Source: Candidatus Rokuibacteriota bacterium
GTDB taxonomy: Bacteria; Methylomirabilota; Methylomirabilia; Rokubacteriales; DASRDR01
Direction: 5' to 3'
DNA length: 24,031 nucleotides
Assembly: GCA_044866005.1 (NCBI GenBank)
Contig: JBIOTN010000184.1
Coordinates: 1-24,031, forward strand
The notes below the pieces were generated by a model. That model made no database searches. It was given only the letters and a program-made list of their open reading frames with translations, and was not told the origin of the DNA. Position numbers and translations under genes: made by a program. Below are positions 8,435 to 16,214 of this stretch, one piece after another (position 1 is the first letter of the stretch; every line of letters starts with the position of its first letter).

Positions 8435-9562
8435 ATGATCACCGTGGCGGGGCACCGAATCAAGCAGTTCGGGGTGGAGTTCTACCAGGCCTCGTTCTCG
8501 GCGCGCGAGATCGACCGGCTGGTCAAGTTCGAGGTCCTCGGCTACGGCGCGGTGCCGGAGCCGAGCAAGCGGGTGCGCGCCACCCGGACCCGGGTCAACT
8601 GGGACGTGCTGGAGAGCCGGATCGGCGAGAGCAGCGAGGCCTACCAGCGCCCGGTCATCCGCCGGAAGATCGAGGAGCTGCTCGCCTACTACGTGGACTG
8701 CCGCGAGGCGGGCAAGCTGCCGGCCATCCCCGGGGCGGTCATCATCACCTCGGACAAGCGCCTCACGTTCAAGCCGGCGGCCCACCACGCCTCTCTCGGC
8801 GTGATCGAGATTCCCGAAGAGCCCGGCGTGCTCCGCGTGCTCGACGGGCAGCATCGGCTCCTCGCGCTCCACGCCCTCGCCGCCGAGGGGGACGTCGCGG
8901 GGCTCGACGTGCCCGCGGTCCTCTTCGACACGCTCGACGCCCAGCAGATCGTCGAGCTGTTCGTGACGATCAACGCGAAGCACACACGCCTCAACCCCTC
9001 GCACCTCGTGAGCCTCTCCGGCCGTAAGCTCTACCCGGACGAGAACCAGGCCCTCGCCCACGACATCATCCGCGCGCTCAACGAGGACGAGACGTCCCCG
9101 CTCCAGGGGGAGATCAAGATGCTCGGGATCGGGCGGGGCAAGGTCGCGCAGGCCCCGCTGGCCGAGGAGATCGTGGACCTCATCGAGACGGTGGAGAAGA
9201 TGGGGGGCCGCGGCCGAGCCCGGGAGCTCCGGGAGTCCGGCCGTCGCTTCTTCCTCAACTACATCAAGGCGATCGCGCAGACCTTCCCGCACGCCTGGGC
9301 GGGACGGAAGTACTCGATCAAGACGGGCACCGCGCTGCGGGCATTCGTGCGGGTCGCGCCCGACGTGATGGCCCGGACGCGCGAGCTGCGGGGCGACCCC
9401 TACGAGCTTCGCGGCATCCGGGAAACGCTGCGCCGCTGGGCGGAGCGGCTCGGCGATCGGCGCTTCGAGACCGAGGGCGAGTGGCGTCAGAAGCTGGCGG
9501 GCGGCACGCGGGGAACCGTGGAGACGCTGGCCCGCGAGCTGCGCGACGCGCTCCGCGTCTAG
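8435..9562 (+). CDS. DGQHR domain-containing protein (DndB-like, ParB/Srx-type fold)
   Basis: YQRPV...KIEELLAY, IPGAVII, LRVLDGQHRLLAL, ELFVTINAKHTRLNPSHL. Confidence 0.88.
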   Translation: MITVAGHRIKQFGVEFYQASFSAREIDRLVKFEVLGYGAVPEPSKRVRATRTRVNWDVLESRIGESSEAYQRPVIRRKIEELLAYYVDCREAGKLPAIPGAVIITSDKRLTFKPAAHHASLGVIEIPEEPGVLRVLDGQHRLLALHALAAEGDVAGLDVPAVLFDTLDAQQIVELFVTINAKHTRLNPSHLVSLSGRKLYPDENQALAHDIIRALNEDETSPLQGEIKMLGIGRGKVAQAPLAEEIVDLIETVEKMGGRGRARELRESGRRFFLNYIKAIAQTFPHAWAGRKYSIKTGTALRAFVRVAPDVMARTRELRGDPYELRGIRETLRRWAERLGDRRFETEGEWRQKLAGGTRGTVETLARELRDALRV

Positions 9563-9575
9563 CCCCCCGGACCGC

Positions 9576-10037
9576 TCAGGTCGCGCTCCCCTCGCAGGCT
9601 TCGGGCCGCGCCGGCCTGAGGCGCACCCGCGCGATCCCCGCCTCCACCATTTCGAGCAGCTCGGCCGCGCGATGGGACAGGTCGATCGTGCGGCCGTCCG
9701 CGTACGGACCGCGGTCGTTCACCCGGACGAACACGCGACGGCCGTTCGCGAGGCGCATGACCTCGAGGCAGGCGCCGAGCGGGAGCGAGCGGTGCGCGGC
9801 GGTCATCGCCTCCATGTCGTAGGGCTCGCCGCTCGCGGTAGGCCGGCCGTGGTGCCAGGCGCCGTACCACGAGGCGACATCCCAGAGCGGCCCCGGCGAC
9901 GCCTCGCGAGCCGGCGGGGCGGTCGGCAGGAGCGCGGGCAGGGACACCGGCGGAGGCGCCAGGGCGGACCCCACCGCCAGCGCCACCACCAGCGCGACGC
10001 GAATCGGGACGGCACGGGGAGCGTAGAGCCGAGTCAT
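9576..10037 (-). CDS. rlpA: RlpA-family lytic transglycosylase (DPBB domain only)
   Basis: ASWYG..HHGRPTASGEPYDMEAMTAAHRSLPLG, VRVNDRGPY, IDLSHRAA. N-terminal hydrophobic segment; no SPOR domain. Confidence 0.85.
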   Translation of the reverse strand: MTRLYAPRAVPIRVALVVALAVGSALAPPPVSLPALLPTAPPAREASPGPLWDVASWYGAWHHGRPTASGEPYDMEAMTAAHRSLPLGACLEVMRLANGRRVFVRVNDRGPYADGRTIDLSHRAAELLEMVEAGIARVRLRPARPEACEGSAT

Positions 10038-10082
10038 GGCGCCTTGGGGGCCCCGGGGGAACCCCGGGGGCCTTGCCCAAGA

Positions 10083-10098
10083 AGCAGGAGTCGGGCCA
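10083..10098 (-). promoter_or_regulatory. Candidate sigma54 (-24/-12) promoter for rlpA
   Basis: Minus strand TGGCCCGACTCCTGCT is GG-N10-GC, close to TGGCACG-N4-TTGCW, 45 nt upstream of ATG 10037. Confidence 0.45.
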
Positions 10099-10196
10099 GC
10101 CCGGGCATGGCCTGACTTTTCGCGGAGCTAGACCGCGGCTGTTGCGCGGGTGAGACAGGGCGGGGTGTCTAGGAACGGAACAGGACCGATTCGGGA

Positions 10197-10679
10197 CTAG
10201 ACACCGGCCCAGGGAAAGTTGGCGGCGAGCACCTCGTAGGTCTTGGCGCCGCCCGGCGCCTGGACCCGCACCTCGTCCCCGACTTCCTTGCCGATCAACG
10301 TGCGCGCGAGCGGCGAGAGGATCGAGATGCGCCCTGCCGCGGGCTCGGCCTCGTCGGAGCCGACGATCTGGTAGCGGATCTCCTTGCCGTCGGCGCCCCG
10401 GAGCCGCACCGTGGAGCCGAAGGTGATCCGCTCACCGCCCCGCGGCGGCTCGATGACCTCCGCCGCGCCGACCTTTTGCTCGAGCTCGCGGATCCGGGCC
10501 TCGATGAACCCTTGCCGCTCCTTCGCGGCGTGATACTCGGCGTTCTCCGACAGGTCGCCGTGCGCGCGCGCCTCGGCGATCGCCTTGATGACGCGGGGGC
10601 GCTCCTCGCGCTTGAGCTGCTCCAGCTCGAGCGTCAACCGGGCAAAGCCCTCGCGCGTCATGGGGGTCCGGTCTGGCAT
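10197..10679 (-). CDS. greA: Transcription elongation factor GreA
   Basis: PMTREG...ERPRVIKAIAEARAHGDLSENAEYHAAKERQ, ITFGSTV, ISILSPLARTLIGKEVGD. RBS GAGGGA before ATG 10679. Confidence 0.96.
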   Translation of the reverse strand: MPDRTPMTREGFARLTLELEQLKREERPRVIKAIAEARAHGDLSENAEYHAAKERQGFIEARIRELEQKVGAAEVIEPPRGGERITFGSTVRLRGADGKEIRYQIVGSDEAEPAAGRISILSPLARTLIGKEVGDEVRVQAPGGAKTYEVLAANFPWAGV

Positions 10680-10776
10680 GGACGGTCCCTCTCGGGAAGG
10701 CCGCGGCGCCTCGCGGCAGAGCAGGCGACGCCCTCTTATTTTACTACGGGCCCCTCCGCACGCGGCCCCCGCGCGC

Positions 10777-10805
10777 TTGACAGAACGATCGGTGCGGATG
10801 ACCAT
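10777..10805 (+). promoter_or_regulatory. Putative sigma70 promoter of the RND operon (TTGACA-17 nt-GACCAT)
   Basis: Perfect -35 at 10777-10782, weak -10 at 10800-10805. A divergent TAAAAT (10743-10738) may serve greA. Confidence 0.5.
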
Positions 10806-10819
10806 GGAAAGACTGCCCC

Positions 10820-12229
10820 ATGACGACGCCGTGCCCCTTCCCTGCGGGACCCCGCCCGACGACGAGACGCCACGGCCCCGCGCGGCGCCGGCTGGCCGCG
10901 ATCCTCGCCTTCCTTCCGCTCGCCCTCGCCGCGTGTGGACAATCGAGCCAGGCCGGGCCGGAAGGCCGCGCCGCGCCGGCGGGCGCGCCCGAGCCCGCGC
11001 CCATCCGGATCACCACGGCGGTGGTGGAGGCGCGCCCGATCCAGCGGAGCGTGGAGACGATCGGCAGCCTTCTCCCCTGGGAGGAGGTCGTCGCGAAGTC
11101 CCAGGCCACCGGCACCGTCGTCCGCCTGCACGTCGACCTCGGCGACGCCGTGCGCGCGGGCCAGCCGATCGCCGAGCTCGACCGGCGCGAGGCGGACCTG
11201 GGGCTCGACCAGCTCCAGGCCGATCTGGCCGCGGCCCGCGAGAACCTCGCGCGGGCCCGGGCGGCCGGCGACGCCGCCCAGGCGAACCTCCAGCGGATCC
11301 GGGAGAGCCGCCGCACGCTCGTCGCCGACCTCGACCGGACGCGCGCCGACGCCGAGTGGCGGCGGCTCGAGTTCGAGCGCAACCGCGAGCTCCAGTCGAA
11401 AGAGCTGATCGCCGCGCGTGACGTCGACAACACGCGGATCCAGTACGAGATGGCGCTCGCCCAGATCCGCGTGGCCGAAAGCACCCTGGCGCAGCACGCC
11501 GACCACGTGCGCGCCGCCGAGGCGCAGCTCCAGGCCGACCTCGGCGCCATCAAGGCGGCCGAGGCGCAGGTACGGCAGCGAGAGGCCGCCCTGGACCTCG
11601 GGAAGAAGCGCCTGGGCGACACGATGGCGTTCGCGCCGATGGGCGGCCTGGTGGCCCGCCGCCACGTCTCGGTCGGCGAGTTCGTCAAAGACAACACCCC
11701 GCTCCTCACCCTGGTCACGATCGACCCCCTCAAGTACACGGGCACCATCCCCGAGCGCTTCGCGCCCGAGGTCCGGATCGGCCAGGAGATCCGCCTCCAG
11801 GTGGACGCCTATCCGGGTCGGTCCTTTCCCGGCCAGGTCACGCGGGTCGCGCCGGCCGTCGACGTCCAGACCCGGACGCTCGCCCTCGAGGCGCGCGTCC
11901 CGAACGCGCACGGGCTGCTGCGCCCCGGCTTCTTCGGCCGCGGGGTCGTCCAGACACGCCGGGACCCGCGGGTCGCGTTCGCGCCGGCCGAGGCGGTCGC
12001 CTACTTCGTCGGCGTCACGAAGGCCTTCGTGGTCGCGGACGGGAAGGTGCACGAGCGTCAGGTGAAAGCCGGCCTGCGGGAAGCGGGGGGGATCGAGATC
12101 GTGGACGGTCTCCGGCCGGGTGAGACCGTCGCGACCTCCGGTCTCGCGCAGCTCTACGACGGCGCGCCCGTCGTCGTGGCCCGTCCGAGCTCGGCCGGCG
12201 ACCGCCCTGCCGCCGCCCCGGCCCGATAG
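10820..12229 (+). CDS. RND efflux periplasmic adaptor (MFP), lipoprotein
   Basis: Lipobox LAAC, split lipoyl domain (VDLGDAVRAGQPIAELD ... FAPMGGLV...VSVGEFV), long coiled coil, C-terminal GLRPGETVATSG. Confidence 0.92.
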   Translation: MTTPCPFPAGPRPTTRRHGPARRRLAAILAFLPLALAACGQSSQAGPEGRAAPAGAPEPAPIRITTAVVEARPIQRSVETIGSLLPWEEVVAKSQATGTVVRLHVDLGDAVRAGQPIAELDRREADLGLDQLQADLAAARENLARARAAGDAAQANLQRIRESRRTLVADLDRTRADAEWRRLEFERNRELQSKELIAARDVDNTRIQYEMALAQIRVAESTLAQHADHVRAAEAQLQADLGAIKAAEAQVRQREAALDLGKKRLGDTMAFAPMGGLVARRHVSVGEFVKDNTPLLTLVTIDPLKYTGTIPERFAPEVRIGQEIRLQVDAYPGRSFPGQVTRVAPAVDVQTRTLALEARVPNAHGLLRPGFFGRGVVQTRRDPRVAFAPAEAVAYFVGVTKAFVVADGKVHERQVKAGLREAGGIEIVDGLRPGETVATSGLAQLYDGAPVVVARPSSAGDRPAAAPAR

Positions 12230-12263
12230 CAGGATGCGGGGAGAGGCCGCGACCCGAACGAGA

Positions 12264-12359
12264 ACCGCCGCGCGCCGCAAGGAAGCGCGCCGACGGCGGG
12301 CTTCGCCCGCGCAACGGTCCCGGGGGGAGGAATCGGAGGGGGGCGCGGCCCCCCTCCGA
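12264..12359 (+). repeat. Structured intergenic repeat, copy C (rearranged variant)
   Basis: Shares CGGGGGGAGG (12321-30) and a perfect TCGGAGGGGGGC-GCG-GCCCCCCTCCGA hairpin (12333-59) with copies A/B. Upstream GCGGGC-TTC-GCCCGC hairpin (12296-12310). Confidence 0.8.
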
Positions 12360-12368
12360 AGCTAAGCC

Positions 12369-15300
12369 GTGTCGCTCGTCGACGTCTGCGTCCGCCGTCC
12401 CGTGTTCGCCACGATGCTCGTGGGCTCGCTCGTGGTCCTCGGGCTCGCCTCCTACCGCGAGCTCGGCCTGGATCTCTTCCCCAAGGTCGACATCCCGACC
12501 GTCACGGTGACCACGCGCCTCGCCGGCGCGAGCCCGGAAGAGATCGAGAGCCAGATCACCAAGCGGATCGAGGAGGTCGTCAACACGATCAACGGGATCG
12601 ACGAGCTCCGCTCGACCACGATCGAGGGCCAGTCCCAGGTCTTCGTCTCGTTCATCCTGGAGCGGGACCTCGACGAGGCCGCGAACGACGTGCGGGAAAA
12701 GGTGGCCACGGTCGTCTCGCAGCTCCCGCCCGGCACCGACTCCCCGGTGATCGAGAAGTTCGACGTGGACGCGGCGCCCGTCATGGCGCTGGTCGTGTCC
12801 GGCCGGCGCTCGGCCCGCGAGATCACGGAAATCGCCGACAAGCGCATCAAGCGGGCGCTGGAGACCGTCAAGGACATCGGCGCGATCACCCTCGTCGGGG
12901 ACCGCAAGCGCGAGATCCAGATCGCCGTGGACCCGAGCCGGCTCACCGCGTACGGCCTCTCCATCCAGCACGTCCAGGCGGCGCTCCAGCAGCAGAACGT
13001 CGAGATCCCGGGCGGCCGCCTCACCGGGCCCCGCCACGAGGAGGGCGTGCGCACGCTCGGTCGCATCGCCGACGTGGGGGAGTTCGAGAGCGTCGTCGTC
13101 GCCGACAGCCCGCGCGGGCCGGTCCGCATCCGCGACCTCGGGCAGGTGCTCGACGCCGAGGAGGAGCCGCGCTCGCTCTCCCGGCTCGACGGCAAGAACG
13201 CCGTCTCGCTCCTCGTCCGGAAGCAGTCCGGCACCAACACCGTCGCCGTCGTCAGCCGGGTCAAGGCCAAGGTGGCCGAGCTCACCCGGATGCTGCCCGG
13301 CGACATCAGCATCGACGTGGTCCGCGATCAGTCCCGCTTCATCACCCGCGCCCTCGGCGAGGTCCAGCACCACCTCCTCCTGGGCGCCGTCCTGGCGAGC
13401 CTCATCGTCTGGCTCTTCCTGGGCTGGCGCAACTGGCGGCCGGCGCTCATCGCGGCGGTGTCCATCCCGAGCTCGCTCATCGCCACCTTCCTCGCCATGC
13501 GGATCGCCGGGTTCACGCTGAACAACATCACCATGCTCGGCCTGTCCGTCTCGACCGGCATCGTCATCGACGACGCCATCATCGTCCTGGAGAACGTCTT
13601 CCGGCACGCGGACGAGGAGGCGCGGCCGCCACGCGAGGCGGCGGTCACCGGCGCCAAGGAGATCGTGCTCGCCGTCGTGGCGACGACGCTCTCGCTCGTG
13701 GCGATCTTCTTCCCGGTGGCCTTCATGGGCGGCCTGGTGGGACGCTTCTGGCGGAGCTTCGGGCTCACCGTGACCTTCGCCATCCTCGTCTCGCTGCTCG
13801 TCGCCTTCACGCTCGTGCCCATGCTGGCGGCCCGCTTCCTGGCGGCGCGCCGGAGCGGGGGCCACGTGACGGGAAAGTCCGCCGCCTATCGGCGACTCGA
13901 GGCGGCCTACGAGGCGCTGCTCGGGGTGAGCCTGCGTCACCGCCTGCTCACCGTGCTCGCCGTCATCCTGCTCGTCGCCGGCACGCTCTATCTGGCCCGC
14001 GGCGTCAAGCCCGACTTCATCGTCGCCGACGACATGTCGGAGTTCGAGGTGATCCTCGAGACCGCGCCCGGCTCGTCGCTGGGGCAGTCGGACGCGATCG
14101 CCCGCGGTGTCGAGGCGGAGCTCCGCGCCATCCCGGAGGTCGAGCATGTCTTCACCACGATCGGCGTGCGGGGTGCTTTTCAGTCGAACGTCACCGACGC
14201 CTCGCTGTACGTCGGCCTCCGGCACCTGAGCCGGCGCACGCGGAGCCAGTTCGAGATCATGCAGGAGGTGCGGCGGCGCCTGCGGGCGTTTCCGGACCTC
14301 CGCGTGAGCGTCCAGCAGGTCAGCCTGGTCTCGGGCGGGGGGTTCAAGCAGACGCCCTTCAACCTGATCCTGCGCGGGCGGGAGCTCGACCGGCTGGGCG
14401 GCTACGCCCAGACGCTGGTGCAGCGGCTGTCCGCGCTTCCCGGCTTCGTGGACGTGGACACCGGGCAGGCCCAGCGTCATCCCGAGCTCCAGGTCTCCGT
14501 CGACCGCCAGCGGGCGGCCGACCTCGGCGTCCGCATGGCGGACGTCGCCTCCACCCTGCGCGTGCTCGTGGGCGGGGAAAAGGTCGGATTCTACCGCGAA
14601 GGTGGCGAGCAGTACGACGTCCGCCTGCGACTCGCGGAGCCCTTCCGCCGCGACGCGAGCGCGCTCCCCGAGCTGTCCATCCCGACCGGCAGCGGCCAGC
14701 TCGTGCGGCTCGACAACCTGGCTCGCCTGACCCCGGGCATGAGCCCGGGACAGATCGACCGGTACGCGCAGGAGCGGCAGATGACCGTGGTCGCGAACCT
14801 CTACCAGAAGCCGCTCGGCGAGGCCATGCAGCAGGCGCTGGCCATCGTGCGCGAGCTGAACATGCCGGCCGGCTACCAGGCCGTGCCGCTCGGCCAGGCC
14901 AAGCTGATGCAGGAGGCGTTCTGGAACTTCCTCGTCGCGTTCCTGCTCGCGGTCGCTTTCATCTACATGGTCCTGGCCGCGCAGTTCGAGAGCTTCGTCC
15001 ACCCCGTCACCATCATGGTGTCGATGTTCCTGGCGCTGCCCTTCGGCCTCCTGGCGCTGGTCATCACGGGGATGACCCTGAACATTTACGCCATCATGGG
15101 GATGTTCCTCCTCATGGGCGTCGTGAAGAAGAACGCGATCCTGCAGGTGGACTACACGAACGTGCTGCGCGCCCGGGGGCTCCCGCGGCACGAGGCCCAG
15201 ATGCAGGCCGACCGCACCCGGCTCCGGCCGATCCTGATGACGACCCTCGCCATCGTCGCGGGGATGCTGCCCGTCGCGCTCGGGCGGGGCGATGGCTCGG

Positions 15301-15506
15301 CGTCACGCGCGGCCCTGGCGATCGCGGTGGTGGGGGGGCAGGCGCTCTGTCTTCTCATCACGCTCGTGATCACACCGGTCGTCTACTCCCTCTTCGACGA
15401 CTTTCGCGGGCTCCCTCGCCGGGTCGCCGGGTGGCGGCCGGCCTGGCGCCCGCGCGCGACGCTCGGCCAGCGCCTCGAGGAGGCGCTCAACGGGCGGCGG
15501 CGCTGA
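12369..15506 (+). CDS. RND efflux transporter permease (AcrB/AcrD/AcrF family)
   Basis: RRPVFA, GASPEEIESQIT, IVIDDAIIVLEN, VKKNAIL, RLRPILMTT; proton-relay D/D/K/T residues intact; 1045 aa. Confidence 0.96.
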   Translation: MSLVDVCVRRPVFATMLVGSLVVLGLASYRELGLDLFPKVDIPTVTVTTRLAGASPEEIESQITKRIEEVVNTINGIDELRSTTIEGQSQVFVSFILERDLDEAANDVREKVATVVSQLPPGTDSPVIEKFDVDAAPVMALVVSGRRSAREITEIADKRIKRALETVKDIGAITLVGDRKREIQIAVDPSRLTAYGLSIQHVQAALQQQNVEIPGGRLTGPRHEEGVRTLGRIADVGEFESVVVADSPRGPVRIRDLGQVLDAEEEPRSLSRLDGKNAVSLLVRKQSGTNTVAVVSRVKAKVAELTRMLPGDISIDVVRDQSRFITRALGEVQHHLLLGAVLASLIVWLFLGWRNWRPALIAAVSIPSSLIATFLAMRIAGFTLNNITMLGLSVSTGIVIDDAIIVLENVFRHADEEARPPREAAVTGAKEIVLAVVATTLSLVAIFFPVAFMGGLVGRFWRSFGLTVTFAILVSLLVAFTLVPMLAARFLAARRSGGHVTGKSAAYRRLEAAYEALLGVSLRHRLLTVLAVILLVAGTLYLARGVKPDFIVADDMSEFEVILETAPGSSLGQSDAIARGVEAELRAIPEVEHVFTTIGVRGAFQSNVTDASLYVGLRHLSRRTRSQFEIMQEVRRRLRAFPDLRVSVQQVSLVSGGGFKQTPFNLILRGRELDRLGGYAQTLVQRLSALPGFVDVDTGQAQRHPELQVSVDRQRAADLGVRMADVASTLRVLVGGEKVGFYREGGEQYDVRLRLAEPFRRDASALPELSIPTGSGQLVRLDNLARLTPGMSPGQIDRYAQERQMTVVANLYQKPLGEAMQQALAIVRELNMPAGYQAVPLGQAKLMQEAFWNFLVAFLLAVAFIYMVLAAQFESFVHPVTIMVSMFLALPFGLLALVITGMTLNIYAIMGMFLLMGVVKKNAILQVDYTNVLRARGLPRHEAQMQADRTRLRPILMTTLAIVAGMLPVALGRGDGSASRAALAIAVVGGQALCLLITLVITPVVYSLFDDFRGLPRRVAGWRPAWRPRATLGQRLEEALNGRRR

Positions 15507-15511
15507 GCGGC

Positions 15512-16096
15512 ATGGCGACCGGACGGCGCTGGCTGGCCCGATGGCTCGCCGCCGGGATCGCCCTGGCCACCGTGTGGCTGCCGGCGATGCCGGCCGCGCC
15601 CGCGCCGCGGGGCGGCCCGCTCGCGCAGGTCGCCCCGCCTCCCCTCCCGCCGACGCCTCCCCCGGCGCCCAGGCCACCCGCGACGCCGCCCGCGCCGGCC
15701 GGCCAGCCGGTGATGCCGGGCATCCCCGCGCCGCCGGCGCTCGTCCAGGAGCTCCAGGCGCTCCTCGGGCAGGCCGTCCAGCGGTTCGAGGCGCGGGACC
15801 TGGGCGGCGTCCTCGGTCATGTCTCGGAGCAGTACCGCACCGGCCCGCTGACCAAGCCCGCCATCCGGGGCCAGCTCGCCACGATGTTCCAGGTCTACGA
15901 GGCGCTGCGGGCCCGCGTGCGCATCGACGAGGTGCGGATGGTGGGCGAGCAGGCCTGGGTCTACTCGACCGGCGAGGTGACCGGCCGGCTGCCCTTCGTG
16001 GGCCAGTGGATGACCGTGCTCGCGTGGGAGCGGGAGCTCGAGATCGCGCGCCGGGAGGACGGCGGCGCCTGGCGCTTATTCGGCTACCAGCAGTAA
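15512..16096 (+). CDS. Exported Pro-rich-linker NTF2-like (SnoaL/DUF4440-like) protein
   Basis: ATG 15512, 5 nt after the RND stop. Signal-like N-terminus, Pro-rich linker, then FEARDLGGVLGHVSEQY...ARREDGGAWRLFGYQ, an NTF2-like pattern. Confidence 0.65.
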   Translation: MATGRRWLARWLAAGIALATVWLPAMPAAPAPRGGPLAQVAPPPLPPTPPPAPRPPATPPAPAGQPVMPGIPAPPALVQELQALLGQAVQRFEARDLGGVLGHVSEQYRTGPLTKPAIRGQLATMFQVYEALRARVRIDEVRMVGEQAWVYSTGEVTGRLPFVGQWMTVLAWERELEIARREDGGAWRLFGYQQ

Positions 16097-16121
16097 CCCG
16101 GGCCGGTTGCGATTGCCCATC

Positions 16122-16213
16122 CGGGGGGAGGCAGGCCCGATGCGTTCGCCGGAGGGCGAACGCCGCGGCTTTGCCGCGAGGGCCGTCGGAAGGGGGGCAA
16201 CGCCCCCCTCCGA
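16122..16213 (+). repeat. Structured intergenic repeat, copy B
   Basis: Near-identical inverted copy of 6820..6910. Lies between convergent genes and ends 1 nt from the TAA of the PPOX gene. Confidence 0.9.
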
Positions 16214-16214
16214 G

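Noticed and set aside
8435..9562. Complete DNA phosphorothioation (dnd) system
   Set aside because: No dndA/C/D/E, dndFGH or ssp genes in the window; only the DGQHR protein.
12015..15191. 1058-aa antisense ORF opposite the RND gene (also long shadows such as 4920..6599, 16538..18679, 18468..20246, 10736..12280)
   Set aside because: Typical stop-free antisense frames of high-GC genes, with no recognisable motifs; the sense frames carry the family signatures.
15590..15740. Low-complexity CCG-rich tract as a tandem repeat
   Set aside because: Explained by the Pro/Ala-rich linker of the exported protein.
6820..16213. CRISPR array, tRNA or composite transposon bounded by inverted copies A and B
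   Set aside because: The repeats are dispersed with no spacer periodicity and lack tRNA T-loop/CCA features; the enclosed 9 kb holds core genes such as greA and no transposase.
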